Shown: positions 37,704-51,188 of the stretch, in pieces
Layout: the number at the start of each line of letters is the position of its first letter
How positions within the stretch are numbered: the first letter of the stretch is position 1
Source of the DNA: Camelus ferus
Taxonomy: Eukaryota
Assembly: GCF_009834535.1 (NCBI RefSeq)
Contig: NC_045697.1
Coordinates: 114,950,001-115,014,000, forward strand
Direction of reading: 5' to 3'
Length of the DNA stretch: 64,000 nt
Program-made: the position numbers and the translations under genes
Notes under the pieces: generated by a model
Databases searched by the model: none
The model's input: only the letters and a program-made list of their open reading frames with translations
Told to the model about the DNA's origin: nothing

Positions 37704-38188
37704 ATGGTTTATTCTTTCTCTATTAATCTGCTGTGTCACATGAGCCACAGAGATCAAGTTCTACATCTACATGAGGTCCCCCCACAACAGGTATTTTTAT
37801 TTTGTTTAAGTGGTCTTTTTTTTTTTTTTTAACCTGTCTCTGAAATATCACTATTGTATCTTAATTACCAGATCTTTATAAGAGGTCTTGGTAAGTAGCA
37901 CTTCAACTCACCCAGTTTCTTTCTCTTTCTCAAATTTCATAGATATTCTTAGCATTCGGCAGAAGTATAGAACAACTTAAAGGAATTTCGGGTTTCCAAT
38001 TGACTTAATTAAATTAATGTAGCTCTATTGATCTACTTAAGAAGAATTGATATCTCTCCAAAATTGAACAATATGGATCCATTAGTTTGTTTATTCTTCA
38101 AATCTTTTCCAAAAAGGTTGACAATAATGTTCACAATTTTGCACACATCCATACATACATATGAAATTACTGCTTTCCTATCCGTATC

Positions 38189-38634
38189 TGTGATGGTCGT
38201 GAGAATGTCCCTTCAGATCTGTGGACGCAGGGAACCTAACTGACTGAGGCCCCAGTGGCTACACTCTGAAATCTAACATCTCATTGCAGTGAAGTCACAT
38301 CCCCATGGTCTACTCTTAGCCAGTGAGTGAGCACATCAGGGATACTAAGGCAGGTCCAGTTCTGGGAGATGCGGGACCATCTGATGTGTGACTTGAAGAC
38401 ACTTCACAGCCCTGTTGAACTTTCTCTAGACGCATATTACCCTCTAAGAAGCTTCCACTCTGCTTGTCCTCCTCCCATTTCTCTCTTGTTTACTCTGAGT
38501 CCAATTCCTATCATAGTCTGATAGCTTCCCCAGTGTCCTTTCCCATTTCTCTTTCATAGATGTTTCCCCTAATAAATTTCTTGCTTCTATAACCCATCTT
38601 GGTATTTGCTTCTCAGAGGACCCCAGATAACACA
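38189..38634 (+). mobile_element. ERVL solo LTR, LTR16-like
   Basis: tgtgatggtcgtgagaatg...gatactaaggcaggtcc...cctaataaatttcttgc...catcttggtatttgcttctcagaggaccccagataacaca. Confidence 0.85.
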
Positions 38635-39099
38635 TATTCTTAATGAAAATAAAATGGGAGTGGTTTGTTTTAATGAATTCCAATTCATCATTATTTAGTG
38701 ATTATTGTTTTTTAATATCTTATTAAAGTGAGCTTTGCTAGCAAATATATTTTCTTGCATTTCCTACATGAAGTTGATGGTTTTGGCACATAGATATATA
38801 TTTATAAGCTACAAAACGCATGCTTTAGTAAGGATACAGTGAGATGTGTCATTTTGTTTCACAGTGATATCCAGTGAAGTCTATTATTTTCTTACTAAAT
38901 TGCAATGATGTTTTTGTTGTAAATAAAATGGTTGTATAAAAGTGGAGCTACTTCAGGACTTGATTTTGTTCAGTAAGTTATTTTATATTATTTTATTAAT
39001 ATCAGTCTTAATTATTGCTATCACAGAAAACTTTAAAATTGATCACTTAAGTGTTCAAATGTTGTTATTATACTTGAAAAGTGTCTTGACTTTCCCATT

Positions 39100-39910
39100 T
39101 CATATCATCATAAATTTTAGGACCAGCTTGTCAGACTGCATCAATGCACACTCACGCATACACTCGCATTGAGTAGTACTGTGCTGTCTATTGACTGATT
39201 TGGTAAGATTTGATGATGTTATTTTAACAAGATTTAATATCTTAAGTATCTTAAATCTTCCAGTAGTTCTCAATTTGGTGGGGGTCCCTTTATATCTCCC
39301 AGTAAATTGGTAGGTTTTAGTGTAGATATTTTTGCTATTCTTTGTGAGATTAATTCTTGGGTATTTTATTCTTTTTGAAGCTCTTTTTTTTTTCTTTTTG
39401 AAGCTCTTTCAAATGATATTTTTCTACTTTTGATAGTTGTTTTTGCTTATTGAAATACAAATAATTTTTAATAATTTTTTATTCAGTGGCTTGCTATGAT
39501 CACCATTTACTGATCATTTGTGTTTTTAATGCCTATGAAGATTTCATCTCAAATAATGACATTTTATGTATTTCCTACATCCTTACACCAGTTATTTCTA
39601 CTTCTCATATATTGCACTTGGTAGGGTCCCCAGTACAATGTTGAATAGAAATGGTGAAAGTAAATAAAATATCAATCTGTTCCTGAATTTAGGAGAGAAG
39701 CATTTAATGGATCATCATTAGGTATTTTTGTGAGCAGAGTTTTGCCTATTTATTTTTTGTTTCTTTGGATACCACTATCCAATTTAAAGAATTTTGCTTA
39801 TATTCCTAGTTTTGAGTAGTTTTAAAATCATAAATATGCATATAAACACTTTTTTCTGCTTTTTTATTCTACTGATGATATATTCTATTAATATGTTGAA
39901 TCATATTGAA
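39100..39910 (-). mobile_element. Old L1M ORF2 fragment
   Basis: attgcacttggtagggtccccagtacaatgttgaatagaaatggtgaaag...tgttcctgaatttaggagagaagc is antisense to the L1 RT region. Confidence 0.7.
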
Positions 39911-40017
39911 TTTTTAGCTCTTAGTTTCTTCATTTAAATAATTTCAAATGTACAAAATATTGCAAGAATTAATCTATTGTTAAATTTTGCCCACATTTGT
40001 TTTGTCATTCTCTCTTG

Positions 40018-40142
40018 AGATAGATAAATAGATGGTTAGATGGGTAGATAACTGATAAGCAAATAGATGACAGATAGACAGATAGATAGATTGATAGACT
40101 GATAGACAGATAGGTAAAGTAGGTAAAAGAGATAAATAGATA
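40018..40142. repeat. Degenerate (GATA/GACA)n tetranucleotide repeat
   Basis: Seen directly. Confidence 0.9.
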
Positions 40143-43100
40143 GGATTTTCTGAACTTTTAGAAACTAAGTTCCACATATGCTACTTTACTCCAGAATCTT
40201 ACTGGGTTTTATAAATTTTATCACTTTCTAAAAATAGCTTTTTGCCTCATTGCTTTTTAAAAATTTGATTTTTTTATTTCATTGTTAACTCTTAGATAAT
40301 TTATTTTAGACGTCTCTTCATTTTCAGTGTATGCATTAGAGCAAAAAAGTACTGATTATAAACACTGTTAGTTTAAACCCATAACTTTGAACATTATATA
40401 TATTTTCTCACAGTTCAATATATTTGTGTTTCCTATGGTTATTTTTTTGTTAGACTTTTGTCTTATTCAAAATAATGAATTTAATTTCCAAACATTTTGG
40501 TCTTTCAATCATTATTCCATAGTTTTTCAACTTTTGTCTATTTTTCCATTTTCTTATCACTGTAATAATGGACTCATGAGCTACTATGAATATATTTTTC
40601 TCCTATTTCCATTGTCCCTTGATTTTTTTTTTTTTTTTGGTGTGCCTTGTAATTTAATATAAGATGTTCTATGTTGTCACTGAAAAAATACTGAAGTTCT
40701 GAAATGCTACCTATCTTCAAATTACTTGACATATTTTGTGACATGTAGACGAATCACCCTCATCCCATCTGGGCTTGGTTAGAAGCCTTACACATTTTCC
40801 CCTTAAAACTGCAGAATGAACTTTGTTGTACCCCCAAAAAGATGCAAAATATGTTTATCATGTTTTAATTTCTTGCTCTGACTGATTTCCCACTTGTTTT
40901 CCCGCCGCATGGATGATAACATCTCAAATTAGGTTTATAAAACCTCAGTGATAGTTTCCCCATGGTTTCTTAGACTCTCACTCTATGCGTGGCTTGACTT
41001 TAACCTCTCTTGCAGTCAAGTTGGCTTCTATTCTCTCCTGCTGCTTTAATAATGAAGCTGGTTGGATATGAAACACAATTCATAACCTTTCTAATGAGTT
41101 CAAAAAAGATATTATATATATTTTCCAAGTTTTATTGTTGTTTTTGGTTGGACATTTAGTCAGGTACAATCTAGAGCAAGACATCCTGTAAGATTTAATT
41201 TTTTATTGAAATGTTAAAGTCGTTCTAATTGCGCATGGAATAATTAACGCAACTAATTCAAATTTTGTGAGAAAGTTTTAGATAATATAAAATATTTGAG
41301 CTATAATCAATTTCATAAAAACATTGTTTTAATTGAAAATAATATTGTTTCTGACAGTTATTAGATTAAAAAAACTAGTGTATGTGAATTTCTTGAAAAT
41401 TATGATAAATATAGAAAGGCACTCCTATTGTATATATTGTCAACTCTTCTTCATCATGTTTTCCAATTTTGTGTCTCTTATTACTAATTATGAGTAGTAA
41501 TGTTTTGCTTTTGTATCTTTTGCTAGCCATTCTGTTTGTTAAATATATGTTAATAGAAATTTATGCCTGGAAGAATAATGGTCCTGAAAATATATTTATA
41601 TATCTTTAAAAAACAAACACTGAGTTGTATGATATAGGACACACTTAATGAGATGTTAAGCCCCACAAATATGGGTAGGATTATTTAGGAATGCTGTAAA
41701 ACCAAAAATTAAGAACAAACCTATACCTTCCTAAGTATATGTGTCACGATTAGCATTAGCAAGTGGATACATACATAGGTTGGCTAATAGCTTTCCCAGG
41801 GAATAGAATCTGTTTGTTCAGTGACTAGCAAGACCTCGGCTCCTATGGGCTACTGGTGAAAAGTTATCCTCATTAAAAGAGCAGAGAGTACATTTCGCAT
41901 GAAGCTGTTAATTACAGTATCCCAATTTTAACTCTAAATTAAGAAACTGTTTTCCACATATTATATGATTAATGATCCCCAGGCAAAGCAAAGGAGGCCA
42001 GTTTTTTTATATTATCAGATAAATGATATTTATATTAACCCTATTAAAATTAAAATATAATTTCAAAAGTGATAATATATTAACTTTCAAATTGAAAGCA
42101 CACATTTTTCTTTTCAAATGCTCTTATTTGATTTAAAATAGAAGAGAAATTCTCCCAGTTACTTTCTAATATCTTTACTGTTTCACAATTTAGAGTTTGT
42201 AGGAAATATTTTATTTCTCTAAATCTTCCAGTGAATCTGGAGATGAATACTCCTTAGAAGCATGAAAAACCTCCAGCTGTTAGGATTTCCCCTTCTCACA
42301 GTTTGATTTATTTTAATGAATATATCTACCGAAATTGAACTATATTTTATATATAATACAATATAGTGATATAATATATATAATAAGAAAGCAAAATAAT
42401 TTTTGCTGGGGTCTCTAGACTATAAGAGTGACATTAAATGTTTAAAACTTTAAATTAAAACTAATAGCACCCACAAATTTGAGCAAAGAACCAGTAGGGT
42501 AAAATAGATTGCCTGAAAAAAATTAACCAGTCAGCACCAAGATTCTCACATCAAGACTTAGATATGTGAATGTACACTAACACTGAGTGTTCCTCATTAA
42601 GCCAAATTCCTCAAAACGGGCCAAAGTCCAACACAAAGTAATGTAGCTATTGCCTGTTTCTCTCAGGTCTAGCAGAAGCAAACATAATTATCTTGAAGGT
42701 AATTTGATTCAAGAAATACTCAAGAAATACTCAAGATTAAATTTAATAAAATATGAAATGAGCATCAATAAATAAAAATGATAAATGCACAAAAAATTAA
42801 CACCAATAAAGAGCCCATTTTTTGTTGTAATTAATTGGAGACATTAATTAATTGTTAATAATTGTAACTAATTAGTCATTGATATTGTCAATAATCATTA
42901 ATTAAATGCTTCTGGGGGTTAATGAATAGCAAATTGATTTATTGGTTAAATGAGCAACTATGGAGCTTCCTGACAACAATATAAAATTAATGGATAATTC
43001 ACCAGAAACTGGCTTCTGGGTTTTAATTTTAATTACTACTTTGAAACAACATAATTTAGTACCAAATGTTTAAACACCCCTTATAATTGCTAGGCTGTGA

Positions 43101-44569
43101 AATCAGCATTATTTATATCTCATCAGCTCTACAGAACTACACACACACACACACAGACACACACACACCACACATCACACAATCAACAATAGCAGACTTC
43201 TCGACCTTTGTATCAGCAAATCCCTTGGATATTTTAATTTTCACTCTAGCCAATGTATATGTTGATATTAATACTGAAGTCTAACCGACATAAGCAGCTG
43301 GTAAGGAGAAGAAAAATCAATTATTTAAGTGGGGCGAGATTTCTGTGAAAGAAAAATCACAATAAATGAGATTTATACCAACCTCATATGGTTGTGAGAC
43401 TTAAACCAGCTTATGTTTATTTTTCTTACAATTTTTAAAATAGTCATTCAAGGAGACAATTTCGCTCCCCATTATTTATTTGATAGAATATCTGGAATAA
43501 TCTGTGACGAGTCTTTGAAACTCTTATATCCATCCTTTACTTGTTCCCACGGTGTTGTTCCTTTTGGCACCTGCCCTGCCCCCACCGCCTGTGTGGTTGG
43601 TATTTCCACACTGTTTATTCTGGTTATGGCTTTATTGACTTCTCCCTCTGCATAGAGTCTCCTTTACTGATATCATTTTATTTTCATGATCTCTAACTCA
43701 AATTGTTAATGATACTTTGGAGGATGATAATGAAGATCATTGTATGGTGTCAACTGAGTGTAATATTTATATTTGCTATTAAAGCAATAACTGATATTCC
43801 TTCAAAATAATTATACATGTACAAAAGAGAATTTTTGAATTGCTTAAATTATGCCAACTAAAATACTCATAATTAATATTTGATACTACTGTTCCTATTG
43901 GAGATATTTATATATATACTTTATAATTATTATATAGACATTATACATTATATATAACCATATATTAGACATTATAGGTATAACATGTTGGGAAAATTGG
44001 AAACAGTATTCATGCTCATTTATATAATTTTCAGGTTTTAGTTAGCAATATGTAATTAACATTATTTGCAATATTATTAAATATGCTGCAAAAATTACTG
44101 TAAGATGTCTGGCATTCATTTTCGAGAAATATCAATGTATTCAATTAACTGTTTATTATTGTACATCTATGCTGTTAAGGGTTACTTTCCCAATACTTCA
44201 ATACTTGATTAAACATTCTTGCAAGTAAATCTTAGAGCAAACATGTAACTTCTTTATAATCTACCAACATGGATCATCTCATCTAAGGAGTATGAACGAG
44301 CAGGGAATTTTTATTTCTTGAAAAAATTTTCTTTGTCTGTCTCAGGTTCAAGGGAGCGTGGTGGGGGCTCAACCAGGATTTTAAGATGTATTCAGACTGT
44401 AAAGCACCTTAAATTCACAGCTGACCATTTTTGCATTTGAATCTTGCATTTAGAGGCCAGACCTGGTGTATCAAATTAAGTATAAGCAGATTGCAACCTG
44501 CTGAATGAACAGGCACACGCCACCACACCTGGTCAGCAGGTAGCTGCCTCAGAAGCCAAGCCCCCACTT

Positions 44570-44945
44570 TAGGGAAGAGAGATCCACAGGTTGTTTTGCT
44601 AGAAGACACAGTGTCAATAACCCCTCACAAAGTCAAGTCAGAAGATTAATTACTTAGAGAGCCTAGAAAGAGGGGAGGGGGCTTTGGGACAAGGGAATGA
44701 GCCAGAGGAAGGACAGATCTCAGTCCCAGGTCACAAGTGAGCAGGAGATGGAGAGGAGGGTAACAAGCACCTATTACTCTTCGGCTGCTTGGGGCGGAGG
44801 GCGCTCTTTTTCACCGGCTCAGCTCTAAGTGAGTATATTAAAAGGTGCCCTAGGAAAAGCAAAGCAGGAACTTCCGGTAGGAATCCTAAGCTTGGGTCCT
44901 TACCTAAATGTCCAGATTCTGGATGTGAGCCAAGTTATCATATGG
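44570..44945 (-). mobile_element. Probable ancient ERVL-class LTR
   Basis: GC-rich island; minus strand has ctctctaagtaattaatcttctgac, resembling the aagtaataaac poly(A) region of MER54/MER74-like LTRs; family uncertain. Confidence 0.4.
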
Positions 44946-47561
44946 TAAAATGCCTAGACAGCAACTCAAAATAGTAGTTTTTTTCTCATCACAATTCTGA
45001 AATGAGATCCAAGAAAAATATTTAAGAAAGGAGAACATTAGCCACCTCTTGGATTTTGAATTATACTGTGGAAAGGTGGTAATTTAGGATAAATGGGAGA
45101 AATGTGAGGCTAGGAAACCAGAAGGAGGCTATTTTCACAGCGCAGGTGAGAGATGATGAGGGTCTGACATATGGGACATTGTCTTTGAAAGGAATATGAG
45201 GGCATGATATCATAATAATTTAGAGACAGAACAGCAGAAATTAAATATGAGATGTGTACTTGTAAAGAATTTGGTAGCACATTTGTTTTATATTTTATGT
45301 AAAATATTAAAAGATTGATACACTTGTCCCATTAAGAAATAATCACAAATTTAAAAAGTTAATTATAAATGTAATTTTGTGCCCATTCATTCTTAAGTAC
45401 TATTTTACAAGTACCTGTCCTTGTGAGCAGAACCATGAGTGATGGATTTTGTCTTCATGCAATATGATTCTAAAGTTCTGTTTTATCTCTTATAAATGCA
45501 GAAATAAGATTATTTTCACAATTGTATGTCTCTATTTTGATTTCTTTTTTCCTTCACATACATTTCTTGGAAAAGCCTTGCAGATGTCGAAAGTTATGAG
45601 GAAAAGGAAATGTAGTCACCTTTTTTCTTCCCTTTCTTCTTCTTTTGAGAACAATTTGTGGAACACCAACTGAAAGGAAAAAGCTTTCCTTTCTACTATA
45701 AATGTCTATTTCTCTGGCTAGAATTTTTATTAAGAAAACATTTCCAGCTCTTATGTTCACATAGAAATTTCTAGACCATATTATAATAAAAAAATTAAAT
45801 ATGGACTATTGTGTCTGTCTTTGAATAGTCAGAATGAAATCATGATGAAGATATTAGAGTTCAGCTCAGAGGGAGATCAAAGTAATACTTTTGAGATATT
45901 CTTTGTGGCCCGTTCCATAATTATTTTAGCTTATGTGCTATGTAGACATTTAAAAATAAAGCATATCTATTCAGAATGCAAAGTTTGTTATTACATTAAT
46001 TCAATAACTATATCATTTATTTAGTAAATCTGTGATTTACTACAGTCTTATTTAAATATTTTACTGTAACTTTTACATACCTATAGGAATAATCATTTAC
46101 ATTAATTGTTTTTAATATTAGATAGAATCCCCAATTATTATATTAACTCAGGGTGACTATGCCATTTTACAGTCCAAGTTTACAGAATACCTAAATGCCA
46201 GATCTGCTGTTAAGATGATGTTATTCCTGGTCCCAACCTTGACATTTCTGGCATATGACCACTGCCTGATTCAACCCTGTCAGGTGTAGACACCACTCCA
46301 CTGCTGAAGGTGACTTCTTTCTGAAATGGGCCACTTGTCTCTTCTCAGTTCATTCTTTTTCTGTAAGTCAGCCTCCTTCCACTTTTCATCTTTTAGGAAC
46401 CCTCTCATCAGCACAAAGTAAAAAGCAACAGAAGACAGAACACTGCCTCCTGAATCTGTGCATTATCAGTTTTTAACTTGGATCATAAGGCAAATTTAGA
46501 AGTATTTTCCATTTTACATGTTCTCTGACACTAGTTAAATGAAGATGGAAATGAGTATGTCCTTTAATCCAGCTCCCTAAAGCAGAGAGAGAATTTCTTC
46601 CATTCTGGTTCATTTTAGCCATTTTCCTCCATTTCAAGGATCTTTTCCCTTTTTTTTTTTTAATTTATCTTTTTATATTTTCCTTTCATTTTAGGGGGAT
46701 CAGTTTTGTTTACTGTAGCTTTTCTAAATATTTTAATCAGTATTTAGTTTAAGACATTGCAATATAAACCTGCAGCCTTCTTATGCAATAATCTAAATTT
46801 TTAAAATTTATAGGGGATTTTTATAATCACTGTCTCTAGTACTTTAAAAATTACTTGCAAATGTACTAGTTACAAATAAAATTAAAGTCCATTTGCCAGA
46901 AATATTTATAAAATCAGTGAAGAAAATGTGGCTATTCTGCTAGTTTTCTACATAAAACCCTTTATAAATGTCTGCTGTCAAGGAATAATTGTAAAGTAAT
47001 GAGTTTTGTGTCAGCCTGAGTATCTGAAGCCTAGTCTATAATTTTCTTTCAGGGAAAGAATTGCAAATAATTAAATTTGAGTGGTCTGTGATATTTTTAA
47101 TTATCTCAAAAACATTAAAACTAAGACAAATAGCCAAGATGACAATATGCATAAAATTAAAATGCTTCAAAGTCTGATTTCTTTCTTATTAAAACGTCCA
47201 TGGAGATGAACTATACTATAGGGTTTAATATTCACTGTGATTTTTTTTAAATGTTATTTTAAATGTCATCATCAAGATCTTCTTTCAGAAGAAAGTGATT
47301 TTGCTTGGGAACAGGGCTTGACAAGCTCATTGAAGTTGAAAAGTCTTTCTAGGCTTAGGAATCAGCAGGTTCAAGGTATTTGAGGGGAAAAAAAAAAAAG
47401 AGCTAATGCAGACAAAAATCCCTTCTCTCTACCATGCTGGAATGGTAAGAAAAGTCAAACCTAATTTTTCACTTCAAGTTTTGTATTAGTCTGGATCCTC
47501 TAAGAGGTAGATACTGTGTCAGTGTAGGTCCTAATGGGAGAGAGGAGTCAGAGAATTTTGT

Positions 47562-47758
47562 CAGTAATCTTTTGATGTTCTGACTACCTGGTTTTTGTTG
47601 CAAAAACTCCTATATATTCTGGCTCCTCCCTCACCTCTCTAGAGCAGTCCCTTAGAGTGATTTGAGAGGCCGCCTCCGGACTTGAGTCCTCAGAAAGTCT
47701 GCCCAGTAAAATCTAATTCTCCGCTCTTAGGTTGTGCATTTTTTTTTTTCAGTCAGCA
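47562..47758 (+). mobile_element. ALTR2/MER41-like ERV1 LTR, 3' part (TATA, R, U5), inverted
   Basis: cagtaatcttttgatgttctgactacctggtttttg is the reverse complement of sequence in the 51189 copy; TATA cctatatat; ends ggttgtgcatttttttttttcagtcagCA. Confidence 0.85.
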
Positions 47759-48134
47759 CTAATTATTAGAAAGACAATTCTTCCTTTCTTACTGATCACA
47801 CATCCACATAGAGATAAGAGAGTTACAGGAGAGGAAAGATTTGTCTTAGGGCAGGAGAAAACATTTATCTTTTTGGAAACTTACACATCCTGAAGAGGCC
47901 AACGTCTCAAGTTAATGAAATTAGCACTTTTCTATGCAGGGAAAGATGCAACAGTCTGGGCTCATTGAAATCATCCCTTTGATGTGCACCTTAGCTATCT
48001 AGGGCCAGTACCCTGTTCTTTTCCATGCTGAGTCCCCTCTGGGCACAGCATTGAGGGCAGCTGTAGGGGCTGAGAGCTTGATGGCTACAACATCCTTTGT
48101 TTACTGACATGGCAGGTGGCATTCTTCGTCCACA
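47759..48134 (-). mobile_element. ALTR2/MER41-like ERV1 LTR, 5' (U3) part
   Basis: 47899-48134 aligns by eye to 51246-51482; minus strand starts TGTGGACGAAGAATG. Confidence 0.85.
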
Positions 48135-48428
48135 TTAGTGTATCTATGAGCTAAGCAAAAGCACTTGCCTTTAAAGATTAAGCAGGTGAGCAGAGTTTCT
48201 GGAAGGAAAGGGATCATTATGTACACTTCAAGCTATAGGTCACAACCTTTTATGATCAACGTGCCTACATGCATGCACAGTTAGTAAGACTGGGAGGAAG
48301 GCAGTTAGCTATAGAGTGCAAGGGCCAGAGCTTAAAATATAGATTTACTATGGAGTCAGGTTAGTTCTTTCCTGTTACAGATGGAAGATAGATTAGAGCT
48401 AAAACAGAGTTAGAAGCATATGGAGAAT

Positions 48429-48619
48429 CAATAAACAAGATTATACTGTATAGCACAGGGAAATATATACAAGATCTTGTTTTAGCTCACAGCAAAAAAA
48501 AAATGTGACAATGAATATATGTATGTTCATGTATAACTGAAAAATTGTGCTCTACACTGGAATTTGACACAACATTGTAAAATGACTATAACTCAATAAA
48601 AAAAGTTTAAAAAAAAAAA
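48429..48619 (+). mobile_element. Young camelid L1 3' end
   Basis: ataaacaagattatactgtatagcacagggaaatatatacaagatc...gactataactcaataaaaaaagtttaaaaaaaaaaa. Confidence 0.92.
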
Positions 48620-48629
48620 GAAGTAGAAA

Positions 48630-49224
48630 TATTACCAGAGAGTAGGTTCTTGTTTCATTGCAGAAAGAATTCAGAGACAAGACACAGAAGTCAAGAAAGT
48701 AAAGTGAGAATTTATTCAGTAATAGTACACTCTCAAGGAGAGAGCGGGCAGACTCAGGTGAGTAGCTGCACTGAGTTTCTTTGGCAAGCTGGTTATATGG
48801 GGTCTAAAAATATATGGGTGGAATATTCACTGGAGAGGGAGGGGATTGGGGTCATATTCCCTGATTTTCATTCCAGCTCCACCTTCTTGAGGGGAGGAGG
48901 GATTTTTGTCCCTATTTAGTCTGTAAGTGTCACAGTGTCAGTGCCTGATGGGTACTTCTAATCTGCAAGGCTCATTTTATTATAATGAGGACATAATGAG
49001 CAAAGGGTTACATCAGAGGCCAGAAATTCTTGCCTTTTCCCACCTTTCTTTGCCTGCCTCCAGGACATTTGTCACCCCAAAATGTGTGGTTTCTCATCAG
49101 TCTGGAGGTTCCTGCTTTTCTCTGTCTAGCCAAGGACCTCTGTTGTTCATAAGATGTAAAGTTTCCTGCCATTTGGCCTGTGCCCCTATCTCTGCTCATA
49201 TCTAGCTCTCTGCCAGCTCTAACA
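48630..49224 (-). mobile_element. Intact ERV1-class solo LTR (595 bp)
   Basis: Ends t(a)ttacc...ctaaca with perfect 4-bp TSD GAAA (48626-48629, 49225-49228); minus-strand AATAAA at 48711-48716 and ATATAA near 48794. Confidence 0.88.
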
Positions 49225-51188
49225 GAAATAGTATGAAACAGAGAGGAAAGAAACAAGAAAGAGAATGAGAGACAGGAATAGAGAAAGTGTTGAAATCTGT
49301 AATCTGGAATCATGTGAAACACAGAGATATAATTTACTAATATAACCCAAGAGATAAAGGAGTCAATAAAACACTTGCAGAGTCATGCCCCAACTTGAGA
49401 AATGTGATGAAATCTTGAGGAACACATGAGGCTTCCACTCACAGAATCAGGCGTGTATAATCAGACTCCATGGAGACATTCTTTATCAGAAATAAAACCA
49501 TCTTTGAAACTCTAGAGGCTTGTTATATAAAAGATCCATTTCAGCCTCACTATTGTTTAATCTTTTTTCAACAGCATGGTATCTTTTCTATGATATACCT
49601 ACTACTGCCGGAGAATAGATCTTTCTACTGTAGACTATCACCACATATGTGTCTTGGATAAAGTTGGTTGTTTCCTACTGACATTTTGAGGACATACAAT
49701 TAATCTTGAGATGTTGGCATCTGGAAAGGCAACATAATGTTCAAATATCTTTCTAGTTATTTTAATATAATACAGATTTTAAAAGATTGAAATAGAATAA
49801 GGAAGCATGATTATATTGAAATAGGAATAAATACAATAAATCCATTTACTTCTATGACTCTGATACCCCGTCACCTCCATCAAAGTTTTACTGTAAACTG
49901 AACATTGTTTGAGTATAGTGTTTGCAGGTGAAGGGAAAGCTTATAAACAAGGGCACAAATAACATCTCCCCTTAACTCCTGAATATTACTTTGTCTTTTT
50001 CCTATTGTGAAATCCCTTTGAAATGTGTGAATATATCTTCCAGCCAGTAGTCATATTGCATATCATATTGCATGTAAATTAAATTCAAAAAAAGATTGCC
50101 TAAAGGAATACTTGCATTTCCTTTGACCATGTAACCTGATAACTTTTTCCCCCCTAAGGCATTCTTTTCAAATGACAAGTGATTGTAAAACTAATGGCTA
50201 ACAGGAAAATAAACAACATTTGAAGAAGTAACTGAATATTTGAAAATGAAGAAATAAAAATATAACTGCTCAAAAATGTCCAGCAGGTAAACGCGAGGTT
50301 GGTACCAAATACAATAAACTTGCTGAAGTCTGAATGTTGTTAAAATGAAATTTTAATATCCTAATGCTCAATTTCCATGTCCCTTTTACTGTTCACTATT
50401 TTAAGAAACATATGCATGTGTATAGACATCCAAAGCTGTGATAAGATATTGAGACAGACAGCTTTTTTACATTTTTATATTCCATTATTTGTGCCACAAT
50501 GAATATGAGATATCATAGTAAAATTAATAGTCAAATGATTTAATCTCAGATAATATATATATATATAATTTTTCCTTCCTCCACCCCGAATTCCTATAAA
50601 ATAAGCAAAAAGAGAAGAGGCAAGACTACTTCTTTAGTAGTTCATTAGTAATTGTCCTTTGTAGAAGAAATTACATTTCTGACTAAAACACCCCAAGTCT
50701 GATTAGGTTTAAAACAACTTCACAGAAACAACATTCTCAGAATTTAAAATATGTCCCAAAGCACCTGTCTTAAACTATTATGACCTTTGTCCCTGTTGCC
50801 TTGTAAACTCTCCAATTATGTGAGCATATTCATTTATCTTTTCTGCACAGTTCAGAGGCTGTTCAGATAAAATTCAAGCTTGTTGCCAGCTGTGCACTAC
50901 CACACTCTGCCAATTGGATTGGGCACATCTATTAGGTTATTTTTGGTATATACTGGTAACCACCGTTCTCAGTCAAATTCTGCTTTGCTTAGAGATATTT
51001 TATTAGCCAGCACAGTACTAAACAGTCATACATTCCAGTCCTCTGTACATCTCAGTTGTCTGAAACATCCTGCATGAGAAATTCATTTGGGAAAAACATA
51101 CTGGGATTTCAGAGGCAGGTTTAGTCAAATGTCATTGAGATTCAGCCCAAGGAGAATCTACTTAAGCATCAGTGGGCTTATTAAAAGA

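Larger units (their letters stand above)
47517..48379 (-). mobile_element. ERV1-type LTR (host) disrupted by an ALTR2-like LTR
   Basis: Minus strand starts TGTAACAGGAAAGAACTAACCTGACTCCAT at 48379; probable other terminus tgtcagtgtagg at 47517; flanked by a split LTR16-like fragment. Confidence 0.55.
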
